Source: an uncultured archaeon (lineage in GTDB: Archaea > Micrarchaeota > Micrarchaeia > Micrarchaeales > CABMGC01). Taken from it: DNA of 32,000 nt. The notes under the pieces were generated by a model. That model did no database searches. It saw only the letters and a program-made list of their open reading frames with translations, and was not told where the DNA came from. The position numbers and the translations under genes are program-made. Numbering within the stretch: position 1 is the stretch's first letter; the number at the start of each line of letters is the position of its first letter. The stretch lies in assembly GCA_963704435.1 (NCBI GenBank), contig OY969902.1, positions 720,001 to 752,000 on the forward strand, in the 5' to 3' direction. Below are positions 18,801 to 26,885 of this stretch, one piece after another.

Positions 18801-21800
18801 CTTACTAACATCTACGGAACACTCGCAGGGTCCAACACCATCTCATTCAGTACCGGCAACGGACAGACCCTGACGGCGAACATCATTGCGCCTAGTTCGA
18901 TCTATGGAGTGATTTCCGGCGCAAACACGATCGCATTCTCGACCGCGACTGGAACCACGGTCAATGCAAACACAGTCGGAACGACGGTCAGTGCGGTTAC
19001 GCTTAACGGCAACGTCGTAGGCAACAACGCCGTGTTCACTTCAATATCATTCACTACACTGTCCGGTTCGACATTCTCGGGCAACCTGGTCGGGAACAAC
19101 GCGGTACTTACTAACATCTACGGAACACTCGCAGGGTCCAACACCATCTCATTCAGTACCGGCAACGGACAGACCCTGACGGCGAACATCATTGCGCCTA
19201 GTTCGATCTATGGAGTGATTTCCGGCGCAAACACGATCGCATTCTCGACCGCGACTGGAACCACGGTCAATGCAAACACAGTCGGAACGACGGTCAGTGC
19301 GGTTACGCTTAACGGCAACGTCGTAGGCAACAACGCCGTGTTCACTTCAATATCATTCACTACACTGTCCGGTTCGACATTCTCGGGCAACCTGGTCGGG
19401 AACAACGCGGTACTTACTAACATCTACGGAACACTCGCAGGGTCCAACACCATCTCATTCAGTACCGGCAACGGACAGACCCTGACGGCGAACATCATTG
19501 CGCCTAGTTCGATCTATGGAGTGATTTCCGGCGCAAACACGATCGCATTCTCGACCGCGACTGGAACCACGGTCAATGCAAACACAGTCGGAACGACGGT
19601 CAGTGCGGTTACGCTTAACGGCAACGTCGTAGGCAACAACGCCGTGTTCACTTCAATATCATTCACTACACTGTCCGGTTCGACATTCTCGGGCAACCTG
19701 GTCGGGAACAACGCGGTACTTACTAACATCTACGGAACACTCGCAGGGTCCAACACCATCTCATTCAGTACCGGCAACGGACAGACCCTGACGGCGAACA
19801 TCATTGCGCCTAGTTCGATCTATGGAGTGATTTCCGGCGCAAACACGATCGCATTCTCGACCGCGACTGGAACCACGGTCAATGCAAACACAGTCGGAAC
19901 GACGGTCAGTGCGGTTACGCTTAACGGCAACGTCGTAGGCAACAACGCCGTGTTCACTTCAATATCATTCACTACACTGTCCGGTTCGACATTCTCGGGC
20001 AACCTGGTCGGGAACAACGCGGTACTTACTAACATCTACGGAACACTCGCAGGGTCCAACACCATCTCATTCAGTACCGGCAACGGACAGACCCTGACGG
20101 CGAACATCATTGCGCCTAGTTCGATCTATGGAGTGATTTCCGGCGCAAACACGATCGCATTCTCGACCGCGACTGGAACCACGGTCAATGCAAACACAGT
20201 CGGAACGACGGTCAGTGCGGTTACGCTTAACGGCAACGTCGTAGGCAACAACGCCGTGTTCACTTCAATATCATTCACTACACTGTCCGGTTCGACATTC
20301 TCGGGCAACCTGGTCGGGAACAACGCGGTACTTACTAACATCTACGGAACACTCGCAGGGTCCAACACCATCTCATTCAGTACCGGCAACGGACAGACCC
20401 TGACGGCGAACATCATTGCGCCTAGTTCGATCTATGGAGTGATTTCCGGCGCAAACACGATCGCATTCTCGACCGCGACTGGAACCACGGTCAATGCAAA
20501 CACAGTCGGAACGACGGTCAGTGCGGTTACGCTTAACGGCAACGTCGTAGGCAACAACGCCGTGTTCACTTCAATATCATTCACTACACTGTCCGGTTCG
20601 ACATTCTCGGGCAACCTGGTCGGGAACAACGCGGTACTTACTAACATCTACGGAACACTCGCAGGGTCCAACACCATCTCATTCAGTACCGGCAACGGAC
20701 AGACCCTGACGGCGAACATCATTGCGCCTAGTTCGATCTATGGAGTGATTTCCGGCGCAAACACGATCGCATTCTCGACCGCGACTGGAACCACGGTCAA
20801 TGCAAACACAGTCGGAACGACGGTCAGTGCGGTTACGCTTAACGGCAACGTCGTAGGCAACAACGCCGTGTTCACTTCAATATCATTCACTACACTGTCC
20901 GGTTCGACATTCTCGGGCAACCTGGTCGGGAACAACGCGGTACTTACTAACATCTACGGAACACTCGCAGGGTCCAACACCATCTCATTCAGTACCGGCA
21001 ACGGACAGACCCTGACGGCGAACATCATTGCGCCTAGTTCGATCTATGGAGTGATTTCCGGCGCAAACACGATCGCATTCTCGACCGCGACTGGAACCAC
21101 GGTCAATGCAAACACAGTCGGAACGACGGTCAGTGCGGTTACGCTTAACGGCAACGTCGTAGGCAACAACGCCGTGTTCACTTCAATATCATTCACTACA
21201 CTGTCCGGTTCGACATTCTCGGGCAACCTGGTCGGGAACAACGCGGTACTTACTAACATCTACGGAACACTCGCAGGGTCCAACACCATCTCATTCAGTA
21301 CCGGCAACGGACAGACCCTGACGGCGAACATCATTGCGCCTAGTTCGATCTATGGAGTGATTTCCGGCGCAAACACGATCGCATTCTCGACCGCGACTGG
21401 AACCACGGTCAATGCAAACACAGTCGGAACGACGGTCAGTGCGGTTACGCTTAACGGCAACGTCGTAGGCAACAACGCCGTGTTCACTTCAATATCATTC
21501 ACTACACTGTCCGGTTCGACATTCTCGGGCAACCTGGTCGGGAACAACGCGGTACTTACTAACATCTACGGAACACTCGCAGGGTCCAACACCATCTCAT
21601 TCAGTACCGGCAACGGACAGACCCTGACGGCGAACATCATTGCGCCTAGTTCGATCTATGGAGTGATTTCCGGCGCAAACACGATCGCATTCTCGACCGC
21701 GACTGGAACCACGGTCAATGCAAACACAGTCGGAACGACGGTCAGTGCGGTTACGCTTAACGGCAACGTCGTAGGCAACAACGCCGTGTTCACTTCAATA

Positions 21801-23753
21801 TCATTCACTACACTGTCCGGTTCGACATTCTCGGGCAACCTGGTCGGGAACAACGCGGTACTTACTAACATCTACGGAACACTCGCAGGGTCCAACACCA
21901 TCTCATTCAGTACCGGCAACGGACAGACCCTGACGGCGAACATCATTGCGCCTAGTTCGATCTATGGAGTGATTTCCGGCGCAAACACGATCGCATTCTC
22001 GACCGCGACTGGAACCACGGTCAATGCAAACACAGTCGGAACGACGGTCAGTGCGGTTACGCTTAACGGCAACGTCGTAGGCAACAACGCCGTGTTCACT
22101 TCAATATCATTCACTACACTGTCCGGTTCGACATTCTCGGGCAACCTGGTCGGGAACAACGCGGTACTTACTAACATCTACGGAACACTCGCAGGGTCCA
22201 ACACCATCTCATTCAGTACCGGCAACGGACAGACCCTGACGGCGAACATCATTGCGCCTAGTTCGATCTATGGAGTGATTTCCGGCGCAAACACGATCGC
22301 ATTCTCGACCGCGACTGGAACCACGGTCAATGCAAACACAGTCGGAACGACGGTCAGTGCGGTTACGCTTAACGGCAACGTCGTAGGCAACAACGCCGTG
22401 TTCACTTCAATATCATTCACTACACTGTCCGGTTCGACATTCTCGGGCAACCTGGTCGGGAACAACGCGATCTTCACCACAATAAATGCGATAACCTTTA
22501 GTGGGAACATTGTAGGCAACAATGCAGTATTCTCCGGATCAATAAACGTAGGTTCGTGCATAGGCTGCGGCACTGGCAGCGGAGTTACCAGCATCAACGG
22601 TCTTACGGGCGCCGTGAATGTAGTCGGACAGAATGTGATTACTGCTTATGCAAGCAGCCAGAATGTAATATTGTCGATACCTCAGGCAACGGGCTCGCTC
22701 AGCGGCTATCTTGCATCAGGAGATTGGACCATCTTTAACGGGAAGTTCGGAACGGCGGGCACCGGACTTTATGCTTCAGCGACTACGGTCAACTTGGCAC
22801 CCCTCACAGCAGGATATGGGATAAGCATAGGCACCAATGGCAATACGATAATCGCAACGGGTGTCCCTTCAATCTCCGCAGGTACAGGAATACTAGTCAA
22901 CACCGCGAACCAGATTTCGCTAATACCCCTTACCGCAGGCACTGGAATAAGCATAGGCGGTAGCGGCAATACAATAACCTGTACGGGCTGCTCAGGCACT
23001 GCATTCAGTACGGCGGGCACGGGACTTTATTCATCAGGAACAACTGTATCCCTTGCACCTCTGACGGCAGGATTTGGAATACGTGTCGGAACTAACGGGA
23101 ACACGATAACTGCGACAGGAGTTCCTTCAATAAGCGCGGGGACTGGCATAGCGATTACGACCTCCAACCAGATTGCGCTGGCTACCCCGACGAACACCCT
23201 GCCTATCTCAATCACGAGCACAAACAACATCGCCTTGAACATAGGGGCTGGCCTTATGACATCGGCAGGCAAGCTCGCGCTCATACCCGCTAATTCGGAG
23301 AACCCAGCCAACCCGACAGGTACTACTTCAAGCAGCTTATATGTTTACATGGGCACGGGCTTAGTTGGAGGCAGCGGCACTGCGCTCGGCTTCACGCCTG
23401 CGGCAGGAGGGAGCGGCAACGTTATGTTCCAATGCCAGCTTGATGCAGCAGACAACAAGGTATCCTCAACAACGTCGGTCACGAACACCATAAGCATCAA
23501 GCTAGGATATGGCAGCACTGGTAGCAACCCAGTCAATGGAGGAGCCGTGGGCTCAAACTCATTCATAGGACCCGTTCTGGGCCCATATACCTCTTATCCG
23601 GCAACAACTCTTGTGCACACTGACATTGCCCAGATTATCACAGGGCTATCACCAGGAACTAAATACTGGGTCGATTTTGCGGTAGAATCCAGCTCAAGCA
23701 GCAATACGGGTTCGATAAGCAACATCTGGTGCCAGTGGTGGAACGTTGGGTGA
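15849..23753 (+). CDS. Giant secreted repeat protein (2,634 aa): signal peptide, one YVTN-type blade, about 19.4 x 102-aa repeats, tail-fibre-like shaft and C-terminal head
   Basis: Single uninterrupted ORF. The N-terminus MPAKIAQDRNNLAFSLLLATVLLAFASTTASA-SS looks like a Sec signal. IIGFNGPIGIAVSPFGSQAYVVNNGNNTVSVVTL matches the YVTN beta-propeller repeat pattern. It is followed by the repeat array and a C-terminal region with no TM segment. Confidence 0.9.
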   Translation: MPAKIAQDRNNLAFSLLLATVLLAFASTTASASSIVNTIIGFNGPIGIAVSPFGSQAYVVNNGNNTVSVVTLNGVSGAANAFSFNVPFSVNSVNVVSLMIGNGLAINGANQLYATGTALTANAPIFIDSNNAISITQASATVNGFLSSADWNTFSTVNSRAYAFTVTNMLGYIGNVLSISNTPSFMTVTANIIGNNAVITTLTGNVIGSTASITTVNGNVIGNNAVFGSSVSAVTLNGNVVGNNAVFTSISFTTLSGSTFTGNIVGNNAVLTNIYGTLAGSNTISFSTGNGQTLTANIIAPSSIYGVISGANTIAFSTATGTTVNANTVGTTVSAVTLNGNVVGNNAVFTSISFTTLSGSTFTGNIVGNNAVLTNIYGTLAGSNTISFSTGNGQTLTANIIAPSSIYGVISGANTIAFSTATGTTVNANTVGTTVSAVTLNGNVVGNNAVFTSISFTTLSGSTFTGNIVGNNAVLTNIYGTLAGSNTISFSTGNGQTLTANIIAPSSIYGVISGANTIAFSTATGTTVNANTVGTTVSAVTLNGNVVGNNAVFTSISFTTLSGSTFSGNLVGNNAVLTNIYGTLAGSNTISFSTGNGQTLTANIIAPSSIYGVISGANTIAFSTATGTTVNANTVGTTVSAVTLNGNVVGNNAVFTSISFTTLSGSTFSGNLVGNNAVLTNIYGTLAGSNTISFSTGNGQTLTANIIAPSSIYGVISGANTIAFSTATGTTVNANTVGTTVSAVTLNGNVVGNNAVFTSISFTTLSGSTFSGNLVGNNAVLTNIYGTLAGSNTISFSTGNGQTLTANIIAPSSIYGVISGANTIAFSTATGTTVNANTVGTTVSAVTLNGNVVGNNAVFTSISFTTLSGSTFSGNLVGNNAVLTNIYGTLAGSNTISFSTGNGQTLTANIIAPSSIYGVISGANTIAFSTATGTTVNANTVGTTVSAVTLNGNVVGNNAVFTSISFTTLSGSTFSGNLVGNNAVLTNIYGTLAGSNTISFSTGNGQTLTANIIAPSSIYGVISGANTIAFSTATGTTVNANTVGTTVSAVTLNGNVVGNNAVFTSISFTTLSGSTFSGNLVGNNAVLTNIYGTLAGSNTISFSTGNGQTLTANIIAPSSIYGVISGANTIAFSTATGTTVNANTVGTTVSAVTLNGNVVGNNAVFTSISFTTLSGSTFSGNLVGNNAVLTNIYGTLAGSNTISFSTGNGQTLTANIIAPSSIYGVISGANTIAFSTATGTTVNANTVGTTVSAVTLNGNVVGNNAVFTSISFTTLSGSTFSGNLVGNNAVLTNIYGTLAGSNTISFSTGNGQTLTANIIAPSSIYGVISGANTIAFSTATGTTVNANTVGTTVSAVTLNGNVVGNNAVFTSISFTTLSGSTFSGNLVGNNAVLTNIYGTLAGSNTISFSTGNGQTLTANIIAPSSIYGVISGANTIAFSTATGTTVNANTVGTTVSAVTLNGNVVGNNAVFTSISFTTLSGSTFSGNLVGNNAVLTNIYGTLAGSNTISFSTGNGQTLTANIIAPSSIYGVISGANTIAFSTATGTTVNANTVGTTVSAVTLNGNVVGNNAVFTSISFTTLSGSTFSGNLVGNNAVLTNIYGTLAGSNTISFSTGNGQTLTANIIAPSSIYGVISGANTIAFSTATGTTVNANTVGTTVSAVTLNGNVVGNNAVFTSISFTTLSGSTFSGNLVGNNAVLTNIYGTLAGSNTISFSTGNGQTLTANIIAPSSIYGVISGANTIAFSTATGTTVNANTVGTTVSAVTLNGNVVGNNAVFTSISFTTLSGSTFSGNLVGNNAVLTNIYGTLAGSNTISFSTGNGQTLTANIIAPSSIYGVISGANTIAFSTATGTTVNANTVGTTVSAVTLNGNVVGNNAVFTSISFTTLSGSTFSGNLVGNNAVLTNIYGTLAGSNTISFSTGNGQTLTANIIAPSSIYGVISGANTIAFSTATGTTVNANTVGTTVSAVTLNGNVVGNNAVFTSISFTTLSGSTFSGNLVGNNAVLTNIYGTLAGSNTISFSTGNGQTLTANIIAPSSIYGVISGANTIAFSTATGTTVNANTVGTTVSAVTLNGNVVGNNAVFTSISFTTLSGSTFSGNLVGNNAVLTNIYGTLAGSNTISFSTGNGQTLTANIIAPSSIYGVISGANTIAFSTATGTTVNANTVGTTVSAVTLNGNVVGNNAVFTSISFTTLSGSTFSGNLVGNNAIFTTINAITFSGNIVGNNAVFSGSINVGSCIGCGTGSGVTSINGLTGAVNVVGQNVITAYASSQNVILSIPQATGSLSGYLASGDWTIFNGKFGTAGTGLYASATTVNLAPLTAGYGISIGTNGNTIIATGVPSISAGTGILVNTANQISLIPLTAGTGISIGGSGNTITCTGCSGTAFSTAGTGLYSSGTTVSLAPLTAGFGIRVGTNGNTITATGVPSISAGTGIAITTSNQIALATPTNTLPISITSTNNIALNIGAGLMTSAGKLALIPANSENPANPTGTTSSSLYVYMGTGLVGGSGTALGFTPAAGGSGNVMFQCQLDAADNKVSSTTSVTNTISIKLGYGSTGSNPVNGGAVGSNSFIGPVLGPYTSYPATTLVHTDIAQIITGLSPGTKYWVDFAVESSSSSNTGSISNIWCQWWNVG
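16539..22469 (+). repeat. 306-bp (102-codon) in-frame tandem repeat: 19 full units plus a 117-bp partial unit
   Basis: Units start at 16539+306k (checked at 16539, 16845, 17457 and 22353). Three 5' units are type A (TGNIV patch), followed by 16 full type-B units (SGNLV patch) and a partial type-B unit. Minus-strand 71-aa shadow ORFs recur every 306 bp with identical translations. Confidence 0.95.
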
Positions 23754-23830
23754 GGAGATGAGAAGATTGCTCCGTGGTCTTTGCTTTAACTGGGCGGAAT
23801 CGGATTCGCTTCCAATACGATAGTGCTGAA

Positions 23831-26014
23831 ATGAGAGTTGGACTTTTACTTGGCTTAGTCCTCGTGGCCATCCTGATGGGGACGTCAAGTGCCGCAACGG
23901 TATTTGGATTCAACTCACCCTACTCTGCCGCGATCTCCCCCACCCAGAATTATGTCTATGTAACCAATAGCGGAAACAACACAGTAAGCATCGTCAATTC
24001 CATGAACGACATGATAATCGGAACGATAACCGGCTTTGATATTCCCACCGGAATCGCAATAACCCCAAACGGAACCTTCCTGTATGTTGCCAACTTTGGC
24101 GATAACGAGCTGGCGAAAGTAAGCACCGCGACCGGCATGATCATCGACTTTACTGGTGGGTTTAATCAGCCAGAGTATGTTTCCCTGTCTCCGGACGGGA
24201 AGACCGCATATGTCACTAACCAAGGAAACGGCCAGGTAAGCGCGGTGGCCCTGGCTCCGCGGCCTCTTCCAACAATCGCGCCAATAAATCCCGCTTATGA
24301 CCTTGGCCAGCCAATAACCCTTACCGCCAGCTGGGCCGCGAGCTCGCCTCCTTATACGGCAAACTGGATCATAGAACAGGGATCCAGCCCGGTATTCAAT
24401 GCCCAATATTCTGGAATAACCGGCCTTAACAGCATACTGTCCCTGTCATCAACGACCCTTGGCGTGGGAGACTTTGCCGCCAACGTGATTGTAGAAGACG
24501 GGTCATCAGTCATGACGAGCTCGGCAGAGGACGCATTCGCTATAAGTTCAATATTGAATCCAGCGAATCCCGTCCCATATGATCCTGTCATAACTAGCGG
24601 CCAGAGCGTGACCCTCACGGCAAACCCCAACGGGGGATCGGGCTCCTACTCCTATACATGGTACGTAAGTTTGACCTCGCCTTGCAGTTCCAGCTGGATA
24701 GAGGTGGGGACGGGCCCGTCGATCACGGTGGTTCCTGCAGCCAACTTATACTATTGCTATGTCGTTACGGACAGCGCGACAACGCCCGTGTCTGGGACAT
24801 CCGGTTCTGACCTAGTCACTGTCAATCAGGGCAGCTCCACTACCACGAGCAGCACCGGCAGCACTGGAAGCGGACCGGGCGGAGGAGGAGGCGGAGGCGT
24901 CCAAAAGCCAATAATAATGGAGGCAATCTCGAACTCGACCTCCACATTAGTGAATTTGCTGGGCGAGAAAACAGGCCTCAACATAACCTCCTCGGTGCCG
25001 AGCCAGAATGAGGACATAATCCTAAACATCGCGTCTCTCAATACGTTTAATGTGACGCTGCACGGGGAAAGGCTTAATTTCACCACAAACTTCATATCCC
25101 CGACAAGCGCCGGAATGACGATAAACAACCAAGAATACGTGTTTTCCCAGAATACCACTTTCCTGATAAAACAGAAGAATTACAACTATACGCTTAGCGT
25201 TGAACTATTCAACATATCGATCCTGCCTATCCTGAATACCGTAGAGCTTGCAGTAAGCTCCGAGCCAAACCCCATAAACATTACCGCGCAGAATTTCACA
25301 ATGGCCATACTGTCGAACCAGACCCTCTCCGTCCAGAACCTGACCTCTTCAAGATTCGTCCCGTCAATCCCCACAGGGTACTATAAGCAACTGGTTCAGA
25401 ACGTAAGCGTGCGACAGATACCTGGCACCCCGAATCCAAGGATAAATACGACGGTCGGCGTCGCGATAAAGTACAACTGCAGCATCCCTTCCTACGATGA
25501 GATCCCGCTCATCCTATCCAATTACTCGTGGGCGCAGGTCAGCTCGTTCACCGTGAGACCCAATGACTGCGTGGTGACCTTTTCGTTCCATTCGGATCCA
25601 GTCATGGCCCTTACCAGGTACGTGGGTCCCTCAAACAAAACCAAGCCGCCCACCACGACTATCCCCTACTGCCCTGTGGAATCGCAGGCCGGGTGCATCG
25701 CAATCCCTGCAAACTCGCTTTCACACACATCCACGACAAGCATTCCCTATCAACAGTCCAACCATAAAATAAATGTGCCGCCTTTAGCGCTCTATTCCCT
25801 TGGAGCAGTGGCCGCAGCCGTCATAGCCTGGATCGCCTATAGGAGGTATCGGCTAAGGCCGCGCAAGCCGAAAGAAGGAGCCCGCTCTAAGGTAAGCGGG
25901 GCCAAGCCGCAGGAGGAAGGTCCGCGCGCCGGAAAGAAGGCAAAGAGGGGCAAATCCTCGAAGGCCGGGCAATCGGACAGGCTCAAATCCATAAGCGACG
26001 AGCTGGAAGAGTAG
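23831..26014 (+). CDS. Membrane-anchored surface (glyco)protein: signal peptide, 3 YVTN blades, 2 PKD/Ig-like domains, Gly hinge, sequon-rich stalk, C-terminal TM and basic tail
   Basis: ATG 23831 gives MRVGLLLGLVLVAILMGTSSAA (signal-like); the track's GTG 23774 extension is not hydrophobic. Three blades of pattern (F/Y)V(T/A)N.G.N.(V/L)S. Two domains with PITLTASW...PPYTANW and SVTLTANPNGGSGSYSYTWY. GGGGGGG. C-terminal LYSLGAVAAAVIAWIAY followed by RRYRLRPRKPKEG.... Confidence 0.85.
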   Translation: MRVGLLLGLVLVAILMGTSSAATVFGFNSPYSAAISPTQNYVYVTNSGNNTVSIVNSMNDMIIGTITGFDIPTGIAITPNGTFLYVANFGDNELAKVSTATGMIIDFTGGFNQPEYVSLSPDGKTAYVTNQGNGQVSAVALAPRPLPTIAPINPAYDLGQPITLTASWAASSPPYTANWIIEQGSSPVFNAQYSGITGLNSILSLSSTTLGVGDFAANVIVEDGSSVMTSSAEDAFAISSILNPANPVPYDPVITSGQSVTLTANPNGGSGSYSYTWYVSLTSPCSSSWIEVGTGPSITVVPAANLYYCYVVTDSATTPVSGTSGSDLVTVNQGSSTTTSSTGSTGSGPGGGGGGGVQKPIIMEAISNSTSTLVNLLGEKTGLNITSSVPSQNEDIILNIASLNTFNVTLHGERLNFTTNFISPTSAGMTINNQEYVFSQNTTFLIKQKNYNYTLSVELFNISILPILNTVELAVSSEPNPINITAQNFTMAILSNQTLSVQNLTSSRFVPSIPTGYYKQLVQNVSVRQIPGTPNPRINTTVGVAIKYNCSIPSYDEIPLILSNYSWAQVSSFTVRPNDCVVTFSFHSDPVMALTRYVGPSNKTKPPTTTIPYCPVESQAGCIAIPANSLSHTSTTSIPYQQSNHKINVPPLALYSLGAVAAAVIAWIAYRRYRLRPRKPKEGARSKVSGAKPQEEGPRAGKKAKRGKSSKAGQSDRLKSISDELEE

Positions 26015-26101
26015 ATTGCGGGAGGAGTTACTGGAAGGAAGTCCCGCGCTCGCGGAAACGGAAAATCTTTAAAAGGTTAGGTGCCTGTTAATCCTAGCAA
26101 G

Positions 26102-26854
26102 ATGATTGCGATGCCCGATCCGCGCATAATAGGGGTTGTCAGCCAGAAAGGGGGAGTCGGCAAGACCGCGATAGCCGTGAACCTCTCCGTTATCCTGAGG
26201 CTCAAGGGCTACAGGGTGCTGACCGTTGACGGCGACACCAGCAATCCGAACATGGGCATCCAGCTGGGGATGGAGAACGCAAACATAGGCTTCAAGGAGC
26301 TCGCCACAAAGAAAAGCAAGGTGGACGGCGTAGTGACGATACACGGCACCACTGGCCTTCACGTAGTCCTGGGGACCCTCCGCTCAAAGCCGTACCTCCT
26401 TACCAAAGCCGACGTAATCCGGCTGAAGTCCAAGCTCAAGGAATGCGACTATGATTTCGTGATACTAGACACCGCGCCCGGATTCTACGCGACCGAGGCG
26501 ATGGAGCTCCTTGACGAGGCGATACTCGTCGCCACGCCCGACACGCCAGCGGTGACCGGAATCCTGCGGCTCAACAGGATCCTGAAGGGGATGGGGGCAG
26601 AGCGCTACATCGTGCTCAACAGGGTGAAGGGGAAGAAATACGAGCTCCAGCCTGATGAGATAGAGGACGCCAGCGAGGACAAGGTGGTTGCCGCCATACC
26701 TGATGACGACATAGTCAACGAGAGCCTTGCCGAGAGGATACCCGCGTGCATGATGGGCAGGAACTCCGATTTCTCCAAAGCCGTGACTAAGCTCGCGGTC
26801 AAGCTGTCCGCAGGCAAGAAGAGAGCAAGCGCCCCCTTAGCTAGCTCGCCATGA
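26102..26854 (+). CDS. MinD/ParA-family P-loop ATPase
   Basis: IIGVVSQKGGVGKTAIAVNLS (deviant Walker A with signature Lys), LTVDGD, and DFVILDTAPG (Walker B). ATG 26102 is preferred over the track's GTG 26081, because a ctttaaaag TATA-like element (26067-26075) lies about 30 nt upstream of it. Confidence 0.9.
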   Translation: MIAMPDPRIIGVVSQKGGVGKTAIAVNLSVILRLKGYRVLTVDGDTSNPNMGIQLGMENANIGFKELATKKSKVDGVVTIHGTTGLHVVLGTLRSKPYLLTKADVIRLKSKLKECDYDFVILDTAPGFYATEAMELLDEAILVATPDTPAVTGILRLNRILKGMGAERYIVLNRVKGKKYELQPDEIEDASEDKVVAAIPDDDIVNESLAERIPACMMGRNSDFSKAVTKLAVKLSAGKKRASAPLASSP

Positions 26855-26885
26855 GCGCCTGGAAGGCAGCCGAATCCCGTACTGC

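Noticed and set aside
16539-22469. Possibility that the periodic array is a CRISPR array, a satellite or a mobile-element pile-up.
   Set aside because: There are no unique spacers, because the units abut directly. The period is a multiple of 3 and the reading frame stays open through all units. No transposase, integrase or terminal inverted repeats are present.
16331-22597. A 'family' of about twenty minus-strand ORFs (mostly 71 aa) recurring every 306 bp.
   Set aside because: They are reverse-frame shadows of the repeat unit inside one continuous 2,634-codon plus-strand ORF. Their periodicity simply mirrors the repeat.
23774-23830. GTG-initiated 19-aa extension of the YVTN anchor protein (MVFALTGRNRIRFQYDSAE).
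   Set aside because: The ATG at 23831 places a canonical signal peptide at the very N-terminus. The extension would bury it.
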